Below are positions 12,570 to 25,799 of a DNA stretch of 64,000 bases, in pieces. The position numbers and the translations under genes are program-made. Below the pieces are notes generated by a model, which made no database searches, was not told the origin of the DNA, and saw only the letters and a list, made by a program, of their open reading frames with translations. Position 1 is the first letter of the stretch; each line of letters starts with the position of its first letter. Source of the DNA: Centroscyllium fabricii. Its lineage: Eukaryota. The stretch spans positions 175,150,001-175,214,000 of the forward strand of contig JBNRSN020000008.1 in assembly GCA_051313645.2 (NCBI GenBank), written 5' to 3'.

Positions 12570-14345
12570 TTGGAGCAGGAGTAGGCCATTTGGCCCCTCG
12601 AGTCTGCTCCGCCATTCAATGTGATCATGGCTAATCATTCAAACTCTGTACCCTGCCTTCTCCGCATATTCCTTGATCCCTTTAGCCTTAAGAAATATAT
12701 CTAACTCCTTCTTGAATATATTTAATGAATTGGCCTCAACTGCCTTCTGTGGTAGAGAATTACACGTGGTTCACCAATCTCTGTGTGAAGAAGTTCCTCC
12801 TTATCGCTGTCCTAAATGGCTTGCCCCTTGTCCTTGGACTGTGACCCCTGGTTCTGGACTCCTGGCCATCAGGAACATTCTTCCTGCATCTAGTCTGTCA
12901 AGTCCTGTTAGAATTTTATGAGTTTCAATGAGATCCCCTCTCATTCTTCTAAACTCCAGCGAGTATAAGCCCAGTTGACCAATCTCTCCTCATGTCATTC
13001 CTGCCATCCCAGGTATCAGTCTGGTGAATCTTTGCTGCACTCCCTCCATGGCAAGAACATCCTTGCTCAGCTAAGGCGACCAAAACTGAACACAATACTC
13101 AAGGTGTGGTCTCACCAAGGCCCTGTACAACTGCAGCAAGACTTCCTTGTTCCTGTACTCAAACCCTTGCAACGAAGGCCAACATGCCATTTGTCGTCTT
13201 AACTGCCTGCTGCACCTTCATGCTTACCTTCAGTGACTGGTGCACAAGGACACCCAGGTCTCATTGTACTTCCCCTTCTCCCAATCTATTGCCGTTCAGA
13301 TAATCTGCCTTTCTGTTTATGCCACCAAAGTGGATAACCTCGCATTTATCCACATTATACTGCATCTGCCATGCTTCTGCCCAATCACCCAACCTGTCCA
13401 AATCATACTGCAGTTTCTCTGCATCCTCCTCACAGCACATATGCCCACCCAGCTTTGTATCATCTGCAAACTTGGAGATATTACATCTAGTTCCCTCGTC
13501 TAGATCATTAATATATATTGTGAATAACTGGGGTCCTAGGACCGATCGCTGTGGTACCCCACTAGTCACTGCCTGCCACTTGGAAAAAGACCCGTTTATT
13601 CCAACTCTTTGCTTCCTGTCTGCCAACCAGTTCTCTATCCAAGTCCGTACCTTGCCCCCAATCCCATGTGCCTTAACTTTACACGCTAATCTCTTATGTG
13701 GGACCTTATCGAAAGCCTTCTGAAAATCCAAATACACCACATCCACTGGTTCTCACTTATCTATTCTACCAGTTACATCCTCAAAAAAAATCCAGTAGAT
13801 TAGTCAAGCACTATTTACCTTTTGTAAATCCATGTTGACTTTGTCTGATCCTATCACTGCTCTGCTATTACATCTTTTATAATGGACTCTAGCATTTTCC
13901 CCACTACCAATGTCAGGCTTACCGGTCTAAATTCCCGGTTTTCTCTCTACCACCTTTTTTTGAATAGTGGGGTAACATTAGCTACCCTCCAATCGATGGA
14001 AACTGTTCCAGAGTCTATCGCATTTTGGAAGATGACCAGCAATGCATCTACTATTTCTGGGGCCACTTCCTTAAGTATCAGGCCCATGTGATTTATCGGC
14101 CTTCAATCCTGTCCATTTCCTGAACATCATTTCCCTACAAATACTGATTTCATTCAATTCCTCCCTCTCCTTAGACGCTATATGCCCCGACATCAGAGTT
14201 TGTGTGTCCTCCTTTGTGAAGACAGAACCAAAGTATGTATTTAATTGGTCTGCCATTTCTTTGCTCCCCATTATAAATTCCCCTGATTCTGACTGCAAGG
14301 GACCTACATTTGACTTCACCAATCTTTTTCTCTTCACAAAATCTG
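12570..14345 (-). mobile_element. CR1 LINE 3' portion (RT and 3' tail)
   Basis: DVVYLDFQKAFDKVPH, SGVPQ.SVLGP, KFADDTKL. Confidence 0.9.
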
Positions 14346-14456
14346 CAAACTGTTTGGAACATTCAGCTCCTCCACCTTCATAAGAAGCAGCTCTGGGGGG
14401 GGGAAGGAAACTGAGTGGGGGAGAGTGATATCTGGAGTATGCAACAAAACCTAATA

Positions 14457-14780
14457 CAGGTTGAGCACTGGTAATCCGGCACCCTCGGGACCAGGCCGGT
14501 GCCGGACCACTGAAAATTCCGAACAACTGAAGGTTCGGGGAGCACGCGGGTAGGACACTCTCCGGGGGCCGGAGCGCGTGGGTAGAACACTTCCCAGGAG
14601 GGAGCCTGGGGATAGAACACTTACAAGCCCTAAGAAACAAATCGAAACACCCGACCCCTTCGGCACTCGCTCACCCTTCGCGGGAAACTGGCGCCGCCGA
14701 GCGGCTGCTCCGCAAAATGAAGAGCGTCGGTTTCCAATCGTGCCGGACCATCAGGTGCCGGATTACCAGTGTTCAACCTG
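14457..14780. mobile_element. Tc1/pogo (Tigger-like) MITE, complete
   Basis: 27-bp TIRs CAGGTTGAGCACTGGTAATCCGGCACC (1 mismatch) and TA TSD on both sides. Confidence 0.92.
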
Positions 14781-14984
14781 TACTTGGACAATTGTTCCAA
14801 ACTAATCCATGTAGCTGGGACATTATTTCAGAAGCTCAGGCAATTTTCTCCAGCATAATTGCAACTTTACTCAGTCTCCCAACTTTGCAGCTGCTTTGTT
14901 GTCATCACTGATGAGCAGGAACTATCAAAAACTTTGGCGCTGTCAAGATTCCCATTTTGATTGACACAGCCTTGCAGGACAGGA

Positions 14985-17645
14985 AGAATCATAGAATGGT
15001 TGCAGCACAGGAGGAGGCAATTCAGCCTGTTGAGTGTGTCAGCTCTGCAAGAGCACTTCAGCTAGTCCCACTCCTCCGCCCTTTCCCCGAAGCCCTGCAA
15101 TTTCTTTCCTTCAGGTACTTATCCAATTACCTTTAGAAAACCACGTTGAATCTGCCTCCACCAATCTGCCTCCACCATCCTTTCAGGCAGTGCATTCCAG
15201 ATCCTAACCACTCACTGCATTTAAAAAAAAAACAGTTTTTCCTCGTGTCGCCTTTGGTTCTTCTGCCAATCACCTTAATAAATCTGTGTCCTCTGGTTCT
15301 CGACCCTTCCACCAATGGGAACAGTTTCTCTCTCTCTACTCTGTCTAGACCCCTCATGGTTTTGAACACTTATATCAAATCTCCTCTGAACCGTCTCTGG
15401 TCTATGGAGAACAACCCCAGCTTCTCAAGTCTATCCACATAACTGGTTTCAGGGATGAGCGACTTCATTCTTGTAAATCTTTTCTGCACCCTCTCGAAGA
15501 CCTTCACATCCTTCCTAAAGTGTGGTGCCCAGAATTGGACACACTACTCCAGTTGAGGTCGGACCAGTGTTTTATAAAGGTGGTTCATAACTTTCTTGTC
15601 TTTGTACTCTATGCCTCTATTTATAAAGCCCAGGATCCCATATGCTTTTTTAACCACTTTCTCAACTGCCCTGCCACCTTCAATGATTTGTGCCCATATA
15701 CCCCCAAGTCTCTGTTCATGCACCCCCTTAAGAATTGTACCCTTTCGTTTATATTGCCTTTCCTTGTTCTTCCTACCAAAATGTATCACTTCTCACTTTT
15801 CTGTCAAATTTCATCTGACACATGTCTGCCCATGTCCTCTTGCAGTCTATTACACTACAGTACTATCCTCCTCACTGTTCACTATACTTCCAAGTTCCGT
15901 GTCATCTGCAAATTTTGAATTTGTGCCCTGTATTCTCAAGTCCAAGTCATTAATATGTATCAAGAAAAGCAGTGATCCTGGAACCGACCCCTGGGAAACC
16001 CCACTGCATACCTTCCTCCAGTCTGGGGAAAAAAAACATTCACCACTACTGTTTCCTGTTACTTAGCCAATTTTGTATCCATGCTGCCACATCCCTTTTA
16101 TTCCATGGGCTTCAACTTTGCTGACAAACCTATTATGTTGCACTTTATCAAACACCTTTTGGAAATTCATGAATACCACATCAGCTGCATTGCCCTCATC
16201 AACTCTTTGTTGTCTCATCAAAAAACCTCAATCAAGTTAGTTAAACACTATTTGCCTTTTAACAAATCTGTGCTGGCTTTCCTTATTAATTCACACTTGT
16301 CCAAGTGACTGTTAACTTTGTCCTGGATTATCGTTTTTAAAAGCTTCCCCACTACTGAGGTTAAACTGACTGGCTTGTAGTTGTTGGGTTAATCCTTACA
16401 CCCTCTTTTGAACAAGGGTGTAACATTTGCAATTTTCCAGTCCTCTGGCACCACCCCTGTATCTAAGGAGGATTGGAAGATTATGGTCAGTACCTCTGCA
16501 ATTTCCACCTTGTGCTTCCCTCCGCATCCTAGGATGCATCCCATCTAGTCCTGGTGACTTATCTACTTTAAGTACGTACAGCCAGCTTTTCTGGTGTATC
16601 CTCTTATCAATTTTTATCCCATCCAGTATCTCAACTACCTCCTTTCACTGACTTTGGCAGCATCTTCTTCCTTGGTAAAGACAGATGCAGAGTACTCATT
16701 AGTACCTCTGCCTCCATGCGTAGGTCTCCTTTTTGGTCCCAAATTGGCCCCACCCCTCTTTTTACTATTTAGATGCCTATAGAAGACTTTTGGATTCTCT
16801 TTTACATCAGCTGCCAATCTATTCTCATGCTCTGTTTGCCCCTCTTATTTCCTTTTGCTATATTCAGCCTGGTTCTCACTTGTATTCTCAACCTCACCTC
16901 TGTCATATACCCCTTTTTTTCAGCTTCATCTTGCTCTCTCGATCTCTCATCATCCAGGGAGCCCTGACTTTGGTTGCCTACCTTTCCCCATCGTGGGGAT
17001 GTACCTGAACCATGTCCTCTTTAAAGGCAGCCCATTGTTCAATTACAGTTTTGCCTGCCAATCTTTGATTCCAATTTATCTGGGCCAGATCATTTCTCAA
17101 CCCACTGAAATTGGCCTTCCTCCAATTAAGTATTTTTACTCTAGATTGCTCCCTGTCCTCTTCCATAGCTAATCTAAACATTATGATACTATGATCACTA
17201 TTCCCTAAATGTTCCCCAACTGACACTTGCTCCACTTGACCCGCCTCATTTCTCCAAACCAGATCCAGCAATGCCTCCTTCCTCGGGCTGGAAACGTACT
17301 GATCAAGAAAGTTCTCGAACACATTTTAGAAATTCTTCCCCCCTCTCTGCCCTTTACACTCACTATCCTGTCTATATTTGGATAGTTGAAGTCCCCCATT
17401 TTCACTACTCTAGTTCTTGCACCTCTGCAATTTCCCTGCAAATTTGCTCCTCTATCTCATTGGTGACCTATAGAATACATCTAGTAGCATAATGGCACCT
17501 TAACTCTAACCAAATAGATTCTGTCCTTGACCCCTCCAGAACATCCTCTCTCTCCATCACTAATATTCTCAATCAGTACTGCCACCCCACCTCCTTTCTT
17601 TCCTTCCCTATCTTTCCTGAACATCTTGTATCCAGGAGTATTTAG
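14985..17645 (-). mobile_element. Decayed CR1 LINE ORF2
   Basis: MGDFNYPNID, EHLGNSDH (EN), KKAYGILGFINRGIEYK and LYKTLVRPQLE fragments. Confidence 0.88.
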
Positions 17646-18669
17646 AACAGTCTTTCACTGACCAATTCCATGCTCTCAATTCAGGGAAGAAAGGCTGCAA
17701 TCAAATTTCAGGTTCTCTCTCCAGACCTTGCACTTGCTGCTTGTTTTTCATCCATTATCCTGGCACTGATGCATACTTCCTAAGTTGCCTACTTTTTTCA
17801 ACAATGTCACTACTCCCTCATCTAGCTTGAAATACATTTTTACACTTTCAAGAATTCCTGACTCTCATGAGAAGCTTTGAGACCCATACATTTTGTCAAT
17901 TCACCATTTTTTTCTATTCATTAATCTCTTAAACTAAAGCTGCACTGCAATCTGCTCTTCTACCACAGCACACTGTATGGGAACTGAGCTTTCAACTCAT
18001 TGAATAAAGTATGAATTACTGGACTATTATTTAGTATGTTGACTTTGAGTACATGAACTTGAGACCAGTGTTTTCCATGATAGTCAAGGCAATTGCTGCC
18101 TTAATGATTCCCCAACTAATTCCCTTTTTCATTAGTAATGCAGAGCAAGCTCAATTGCAATATTTTGTGGCTTTGTTTAGACTGCCACAGAGCTTGTGAC
18201 CAAGCTTGATATTGCTGACATCTATCAACTTCCTGTTGCTCTTTGCATTTTTCTTTATGAAACAAAAACTCCACTCCCCGTTTGTGGTCTGCCAACAAGT
18301 CTTCTGTCTTTCCCATAAATTATTGAGATCTTGAATCTACACCAGTAGTGTTCTAGCGGAATCAATTAGCAACTCAGTACCTTTGAAAGGGAAGATCATA
18401 TGGGTAATGTCATGCCAATGGTCTGGAATGGCGTGTATCCTTCATGCATGATTTTCCCTTCCAGTGTCTACTGGAGTAAAATAACAGGCAAGTAATTTCC
18501 CATTACATATATTTGAAATGCTACATGTAAAGGTGAGTAACCTATCGCTTTCCCTAATCTGTACTAGATTGCATCATTAACTAAATATTTTATAGACCTA
18601 CTTGTGTTGTAACTTGTACCTATAGCAACCTTTAAAATTATAATTTCTCCCCTCCCATTTCTTTAACAG

Positions 18670-18832
18670 GGAAGAAAGAATGTAAAGTCCTAAAAGATGT
18701 GACAAATTTAACTCCTAGCAAACTTGATGGTCAGTCACAACTCATTGAAGGGAAAGAAAAAGGGCTTCTCTGTATACACAGCAAACGTCGAGCTACTGCA
18801 ACATTAAATTACAAAGAACCAACACTCCACAG
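18670..18832 (+). CDS. SGO2: Shugoshin penultimate coding exon (GKKECKVLKDVTN...SKRRATATLNYKEPTLHS)
   Basis: Acceptor tttaacag| and donor AG|GTATGT; 163 nt, phase 1 to 2. Encodes LKDVTN and the first half of the basic SGO motif KRR-x5-NYKEPTL. Confidence 0.85.
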
Positions 18833-19173
18833 GTATGTGAATTAATTTTGTTAATCACTTCTGTTTGCTACTTCAAAAGCCAAATTCTCTCAAATAGCAT
18901 ATTCAATCAAATTCAGATCAAGAATTTGATTTTTTTTCTTCCAAACTTTGGGATCGTGTTTGTAAATCTCTTAAACAGAACCTTTTTATACTAAGATTCC
19001 AACTCTGGTTGAAAATAAAATGCCTAGGCAAAGGATCAGTCTTTTAAAGATACTGTAGTGAAAGAGTGCATGGTTTCTGCAGGAAAGGTCATGTTTTTTT
19101 TTAAAGTTTAAAAAAATTGGAGAGTAGCAAATGTAACCACTGTTTAAAAAAAGGAGAGAAAACGGAACTTTTG

Positions 19174-19402
19174 CCACAGTCCAAAGATGTGCGGGTTAGG
19201 TTGATTGGCCATAATAAATTGACCCTTAGTGTTGGGGGGATTGAATATGTGGGGTTACGGCTCGATAGGGATCGAGGGATATGGGGAGAGGGCAGGGGCG
19301 GGGTGCTGGGTTTGGATGATCAGCCATGATGTCATTGAATGGCGGAGCAGGCTCGAAGGGCCGAATGGCCTACTCCTGCTCCTAGTTTCTATGTTTCTAT
19401 GT
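19174..19402 (+). mobile_element. HE1-type V-SINE, 5'-truncated
   Basis: Matches the 3' half of 60753-61149; tail (TTTCTATG)n. Confidence 0.8.
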
Positions 19403-19560
19403 AACTACAGACTAATAGCCTAATATCAGTAGTAAGGAAAATGCTAGAGTCTATTATAAAGGATGTGATAACAGGACACTTAGAAAATATCAACAGGAAT
19501 ATCAACCAGATTAGACAAAGCCAACATAGATTTATGAAAGGGAAATAATGTTTGACAAAC

Positions 19561-22500
19561 TGATGCGCGATCAATTATACTCGAGGCGAGGTTGAGAATA
19601 CAACTGAGGCTTTTATTCACTAAGAACCCTGGACATCCTTAGACTGACCAGCAACTCCTTGCACTGGACCAGGCTCCCGGAGCTTGGCCTTTATCAGGTA
19701 GGCTAGGGGCGGAGTCAGCTTCAGGCATGCCAGGGCATGTATACACATAGGCAAAAGGCAACTATATACAACAGTGGTTTACCACATTCACCCCTTCTTT
19801 AAACATGAGTCCAGCAGGGTGAAGTGAGACAAAGTCAAGTGTACATGAGTCTTTCAAGAGGTCTGGTACACCTCTGTGATCGTCGTGGCTCAGGCTGCGG
19901 TGCTGGTTCCACGTCTTCGTCCGCACGGGGGCAGTCGGTGGTCGGCGGCTGGGTCCTTGGATCCAGCGCGCAGTGTATCGGGGCTCGGGGAGAAAGATCA
20001 GACGCAGGCACCTCCCGGCGGGTGGTGGGTTGCAAAAGGGGGGGTGGCGGGGCTCGGCAGCATCGGGGGCACCCAAGGGGGCGAGGTCCCGAATAGAAAC
20101 TGTGTCCTCCCGTCCGGATACGCAATATCGGCGTATTGGGGGTTTGCGTGGAGGAGTTGGACTCTTTCGACGAGGGGGTCCGTCTTATGGCTCCTGACGT
20201 GTTTCCGGAGCAAGACGACTCCTGGGGACGTCAGCCAAGATGGGAGCGATGTCCCCGATGTGGACTTCCTGGTGAAGACAAACATTTTTTCATGAGGGGG
20301 TGGCGTTTATGGCAGTGCAGAGGAGGGATCGGATAGCATGGAGTGCATCCGGGAGAACGTCTTGCCAACGCGAGACTGGAAGTCCCCAGGACTTTAGGGC
20401 TAGTAGGGTGGCCTTCCAGACTGTAGCGTTCTCCCTCTCCACCTGTCCGTTTCCCCGGGGATTGTAGCTGGTAGTCCTGCTCGTGGCGACGACTCTAGCG
20501 AGCAGGTACTGTCGCAGCTCGTCGTTCATAAATGAGGAACCCCGGTCGCTATGGATGTAGCTGGGGAACCCGAACAGGGCGAAGAGATTATGCAGGGCCT
20601 TGATGACCGTGGCTGAGGTCATGTCAGGGCAGGGGACGGCGAAGGGGAACCGTGAGTACTCATCAATAGTGGTGAGAAAGTACACATTGCGGTCGGGGGA
20701 GGGGATGGGTCCTTTGAAATCGATGCTGAGGCGCTCGAAGGGAAGGGTGGCCTTGATCAGTTGTGCCCTGTCTGGCCTGTAAGTGCAGTTTGCACTCTGC
20801 GCAGACCTGGCAGTCCCTGGTCAGGTTCCTGACCGCCTCAATGGAGTAGGGCAGGTTGCGGGCCTTGACAAAATGGAAGAACCGGGTGGCAGAGGTTGTT
20901 ATGGAGGGACCGCAGTCGATCCACCTGCACGCTGGCGCATGTTCCCCGGGAGAGGGCGTCTGGGGGCTCGTTGAGCTTCCCGGGGGCTCGTTGAGCTTCC
21001 CGGGCCGGTACAAGATATCGTAGTTGTAGGTGGAGAGTTCAATTCTCCACCTCAATATCTTGCCGTTTTTGATTTTACCCTGCTGCTTGTTGCTGAACAT
21101 AAAAGCAACTGAGTGCTGGTCAGTGAGCAGGGTAAACCGTTGACCGGCCAGGTAATGCCTCCAGTGGCGCACAGCTTCCACTATGGCCTGGGCCTCCTTC
21201 TCGACAGAGGAGTATCTAGTCTCGGGGCCTTGGATGGTCCGGGAGAAGAAGGCCACGGGTCTGCCCGCCTGGTTAAGGGTGGCGGCCAGGGCAAAGTTGG
21301 ACGCATCGCTCTCCACCCAAAATGGGGCGGATTCGTCCACCGCGTGCATGGTGGCCTTAGCGATGTCCCGTTTGATGCAGTCGAAAGCCATACGGGCCTC
21401 CGTCGTCAGGGGAAAGGAGGTGGACTTGAGGAGCGGGCGGGCCTTGTCCGCAAAGTTAGGGACCCACTGGGCGTAGTAGTAGAAGAAGCCCAGGCATCTT
21501 CGCAGGGCCTTTTGGCAATGGGGGTGGGGGAGTTCCATGAGGGGGCGCATGCGGTCTGGGTCGGGACCGATGACCCTGTTTTCCATGACACAGCCAAGAA
21601 TGGCAAGGCGTGTTGTGCTGAACATGCATTTCTCCTTGTTATAGGTGAGATTAAGGAGTTGGGCCGGCGAAGAAATGTTTCCAGGTTGGCGTCATCGTCC
21701 TGCAGGTCATGGCCGCAGATGGTCACGTTGTTTAGGTACGGGAACGTGGCCAACAGCCCGTGCTGGTCAACCATACGGTCCATCTCTCGTTGGAAAACCG
21801 AGACGCCATTGGTGACCCCGAAGGGGACCCTGAGGAAGTGGTAGAGGCAGCCGTTGGCCTCGAAGGCAGTATAGCGGCGGTCCGCGGGGCGGATGGGGAG
21901 TTGATGAGCCGATTTCAGGTCAATGGTGGAGAACACCTTGTACTGCGCAATCTGACTGACCATGTCAGATATGCGGGGGAGGGGGTATGCGTCCAACTGC
22001 GTAAAGCGGTTGATGGTCTGGCTGTAGTCGATAACTAATCGGTTCTTTTCACCGGTCTTAACAACAACTACTTGGGCCCTCCAGGGGCTGGTGCTAGCCT
22101 CAATCACCCCCTCCCTCAGGAGCCGCTGTACCTCGGACTTGATGAAAGCCCTGTCCCCAGCACTGTATCTCCTGCTCTTAGTGGCTATGGGTTTACAGTC
22201 TGGGGTGAGTTTAGTGAACAGTGGGGGAGGGGCGACCTTGAGGGTCGAGAGGCTGCAGACGGCGCACGGTGGGCGGTTTGAGGGCTTCTGGCTGTGGACA
22301 GTGAGGGGGGGAAGGGGCCCCCCGTACGCCATCGTAATGCTATTAAGGTGGGTTTGGAAGTCTAACCCCCAGGAGGACGGCCGCGCAGAGGTTGGGTAGG
22401 ACCAGGAGTTTGAAATCCTTGTACACTGCGCCGCTCACCGACGGGGTTACCACGCAGTAACTGCCGACATCCGTGGTCTGGGATTTGGAAGCGAGGTAGA

Positions 22501-23793
22501 TGCGCTGGTGCATGGGCCGTGTGGAGAGGGGCGGCGCACCGTATTGGGGTGGACAAAGCTTGCCGTGCTTCCAGAGTCGAACAGACAGTTCGTGGCGCAG
22601 CCGTTTACCTTAATGTCCATCACCAACTTTGTGAGGTGGTGGGGCCCAGACTGGTCCAAGGTAACGGAAGCCAGTACCGTGGCTGGTGGCTCATCGCAGT
22701 CAGTCGGGGAGCCGGGGTCGGTCTGTGGCTGCAGGCATCCAAGATGGCTGCTCCCATGAGTCGCACATGGTGGGGGTTGTCTAAGATGGCCGCGAGGTCG
22801 GTTCGCACGCGGCGCTGCAGGGCCTGGGGGGCGACTTGCAGACGCTCATGTAGTGTCCCTTCTTCTGGCAACGCGTGCACGTAGCGTCCTTCGCTGGACA
22901 GCGCTGTCTGGAGTGCTTCACTTGACCGCAGAAATAGCACTTCTGGCTCCGGGGTACCGCTGCGGTGGTCGGGCCGTTCACGGGGTGAGACGAAGGTGGC
23001 GTAAGGTGTCGGGCCTGGCGTGTTTCACGCTGGCGGCTCCCGTGAGGTCCATGGGGTGGCCATGTGCGCGTACGACTCCATACTCCGATCAGCCCCTTCG
23101 AGTGTGAGTCCGATGTCTGTGGCCGCCTTCAGGGACAGTTTCCCCAGTTCCAGCAGTCTCTTCCGGGTGTAGTCCGATTGTACGCCGGCGACGATGGCGT
23201 CTCGGACTAGCAGCTCCCTGTGCTCATCTGCCGAGGCCGTTTCGCAGTTGCAGACTCTGCTGAGCTCCGTCAGGGCCCGCACACAGCCAGCAAAACTCTC
23301 CCCGGGCCGTTGTTTGCGAGTCAGCAGGAGGTGCCTGGCGTAAACCGTGTTAGTCGGCCGGTCGTACTGCTCCTTGAGGAGGGCCATTGCCGATGTGTAG
23401 GAGGTCGTTCCCTTGAGCTGGAACACCCGGTGATGGAGCCGTGACTGCAGACCCTCAGCGTCCGTCTGGACAGTGCTGGCGGAGGTCGCCAGGAATCCCT
23501 CAAAGCAGGTTAGCCAGTGGGAGAAGCTGCTCGGCGCCTCTGGTGCACTCGGGTCGAGTTCTAGGGTGGATAGCTTTTGGAGGGCGTCCATCTCAAAACT
23601 CTTAGTGAATAAAATTGATGCACGATCAATTATACTCGAGGCGAGGTTGAGAATACAACTGAGGCTATCATTCACGAAGAACCCTGGAGCTTGGCCTTTA
23701 TCAGGTAGGCTAGGGGTGGAGTCAGCTTCAGGCATGCCCAGGCATGTATACACATATGCAAAAGGCAACTATATACAACAGTGGTTTACCACA
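19561..23793 (-). mobile_element. Full-length (frameshifted) Ty3/Gypsy LTR retrotransposon inserted in a CR1 RT
   Basis: LTRs 23616-23793 (5') and 19561-19786 (3') with TG..CA ends; 5-bp TSD CAAAC; PPT AAAGAAGGGGTGAA. Order gag (CYFC..H..C and CTRC.KKGH..VC knuckles), PR (LFDSGS), RT, RH (ESDAS), IN (IDEYSR, SDRG, VEREN). Confidence 0.96.
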
Positions 23794-24019
23794 CAAACGT
23801 ATTGGAGTTTTTTGAGGATGTGACTGGTAGAATAGATAAGGGAGAGCCAGTGGGTGTGTGTTTGGATTTTCAGAGGGCCTTTGATAAAGTCCCACATAAG
23901 AGGTTAGTGTGCAAAATTAAAGCACATGGGATTGGGGCGCAATATACTGGCATGGATTGAAAATTGATTAACAGAAAACAGAGAATAGGAATAAATGGGT
24001 CTTTTTCAGGGTGGCAGGC

Positions 24020-24345
24020 AATTTTTTTTATCCATTGATGGGATGTGGGCGTTGCTGGCTGTCTAGGCCTGCATTTAGTGCCCATCCCTAATTGCCCTCA
24101 AGATGGTGGTGAGCCGCCGCCTTGAACCGCTGCAGTCCATATGGTACACCCACAATGTTGTTCGTAGCGGTTGTTTACAACTGAGTGGCTTGCTAGGCCA
24201 TTTCAGAGGGCATTAAGAGTTAACCACATTGCTGTGGGTCTGGAGACACATGTAGGCCAGACCAGGTAAGGACGGCAGATTTCCTTCCCTAAAGGACATT
24301 AGTGAACCAGATGGGTTTTTGCAACAATCGACAATGGTATGATTC
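24020..24345 (-). mobile_element. tRNA-derived SINE 3' part (same family as 59880-60595)
   Basis: Near-identical to 59880-60180. Confidence 0.7.
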
Positions 24346-25799
24346 CTGGGGTGGCAGGACTGTCTTATGAGAGATTGGGTCAACTAGGCCTGTGTTCACA
24401 AGTTTAGATGAATGAGAGGGAATCTCATTGAAATGTATAAAATACTGACAGGACTGGATGCAGGGAGGATGTTTCCCCTGGCTAGGAGGTCTAGAATGAG
24501 TGGTCACAGTCTCCGGATACAGGGTAGGACATTTAGGACTGAGATGAGGAGAAATGTCTTCACTCTGAGGGTGGTGAACTTGTGGAATTCTCTACCACAG
24601 AAGGCTGTGGCAGCCGAGTCACTGAATATATATTTAAGAAGGGGATAGATAGATTTCTGGACTCAAAAGGTGTTGGGGTATGGGGAGAGAGTGGGAATAT
24701 GGTATTGAGATAGAGGATCAGCCATGATCGTATTGAATGGCGGAGCAAGCTCAAAGGGCCGAATGGCCGACTCCTCTGATTTTTCTATATTCTAAAAGAT
24801 TTCTGATTGCAGATGTTGCCTCATTGATGGTAGATGGGGTCTAATTTTGAAGATTTTCTTTGGAGACCAAACACTTTTTTGAAGTGCAGTGCCAAGTGGT
24901 TCAAGGCATTGTTACCTGTAGATAATCCTGATGGAACCATTTTTGTTCTTGATGCTGATTGGTGCACTCTAAGGTTAAAGCTTTTGAGATTAAATAAATC
25001 AACCAGAAAAGGTATGGCTCAAAAGACCCAGTCCATCTGATTGCTTCAACTTGATACTATCTCATCCATGTCGACTATCTCATCCATGTCGAGTAGAGAC
25101 CTATGTTTGGAAAGATCAAGCATTGGGAGAGGTAGTGTTGGCTAGCATTGGATTTCCGTTCCCTACTGCAAGAATTACCTCTTGTAAAAAAGCAGTGATT
25201 TGGTCAAATGGTGCAGAACCTTGCAGGGTCATGCATAGAATTACATAGAAATGTTATCAACGTGGAACCAGGCCGTTCAGCCCATGTTAATCCCACACTT
25301 GAGCAGTAGTCCTAATTTCTTGTGCCCACCCTTTATGCCCTTTCCTTCAGCCACCAATCCAAACTATTCAGAAGAGTTGACATGTTCTCTGCTTTAATCC
25401 ATAACTCTAGTAATGCATTCCACAGCCTCATAACCCTCTATGTAAAACAATAAAAGTTCTTCGTTTGTTACGAACATACAAACAATAACTGACAGGTAAA
25501 GATCATCTGGTCCATCGACCGTGTCCCACACAATTGCGATACCTTGTGTATCACAACGTATACACTCCACCCACCCGAAACCATGTGATCTCCTGGAAGA
25601 GGCAAAAAACTAGGCCAATTTGGAGGGGGGGGGGAAAACCTGGGAAATTCCCCTCCAACCCATCTAGGTGATCAAAACTAGTACAGGAGATCACTCTGGC
25701 CCCAAATTCTCTGCAGTACCTACCTTCTGGGGGGGGGGGGGTGGTGGTGAGTGAGGGGGGGTGGTGAGTGAGTAGCACTGCTGGTCAAGGACAGCGTGA

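Noticed and set aside
14908-14970. CTGATGAG as another hammerhead or C/D snoRNA start
   Set aside because: No stem II followed by GAAA, and no convincing terminal stem with a D box.
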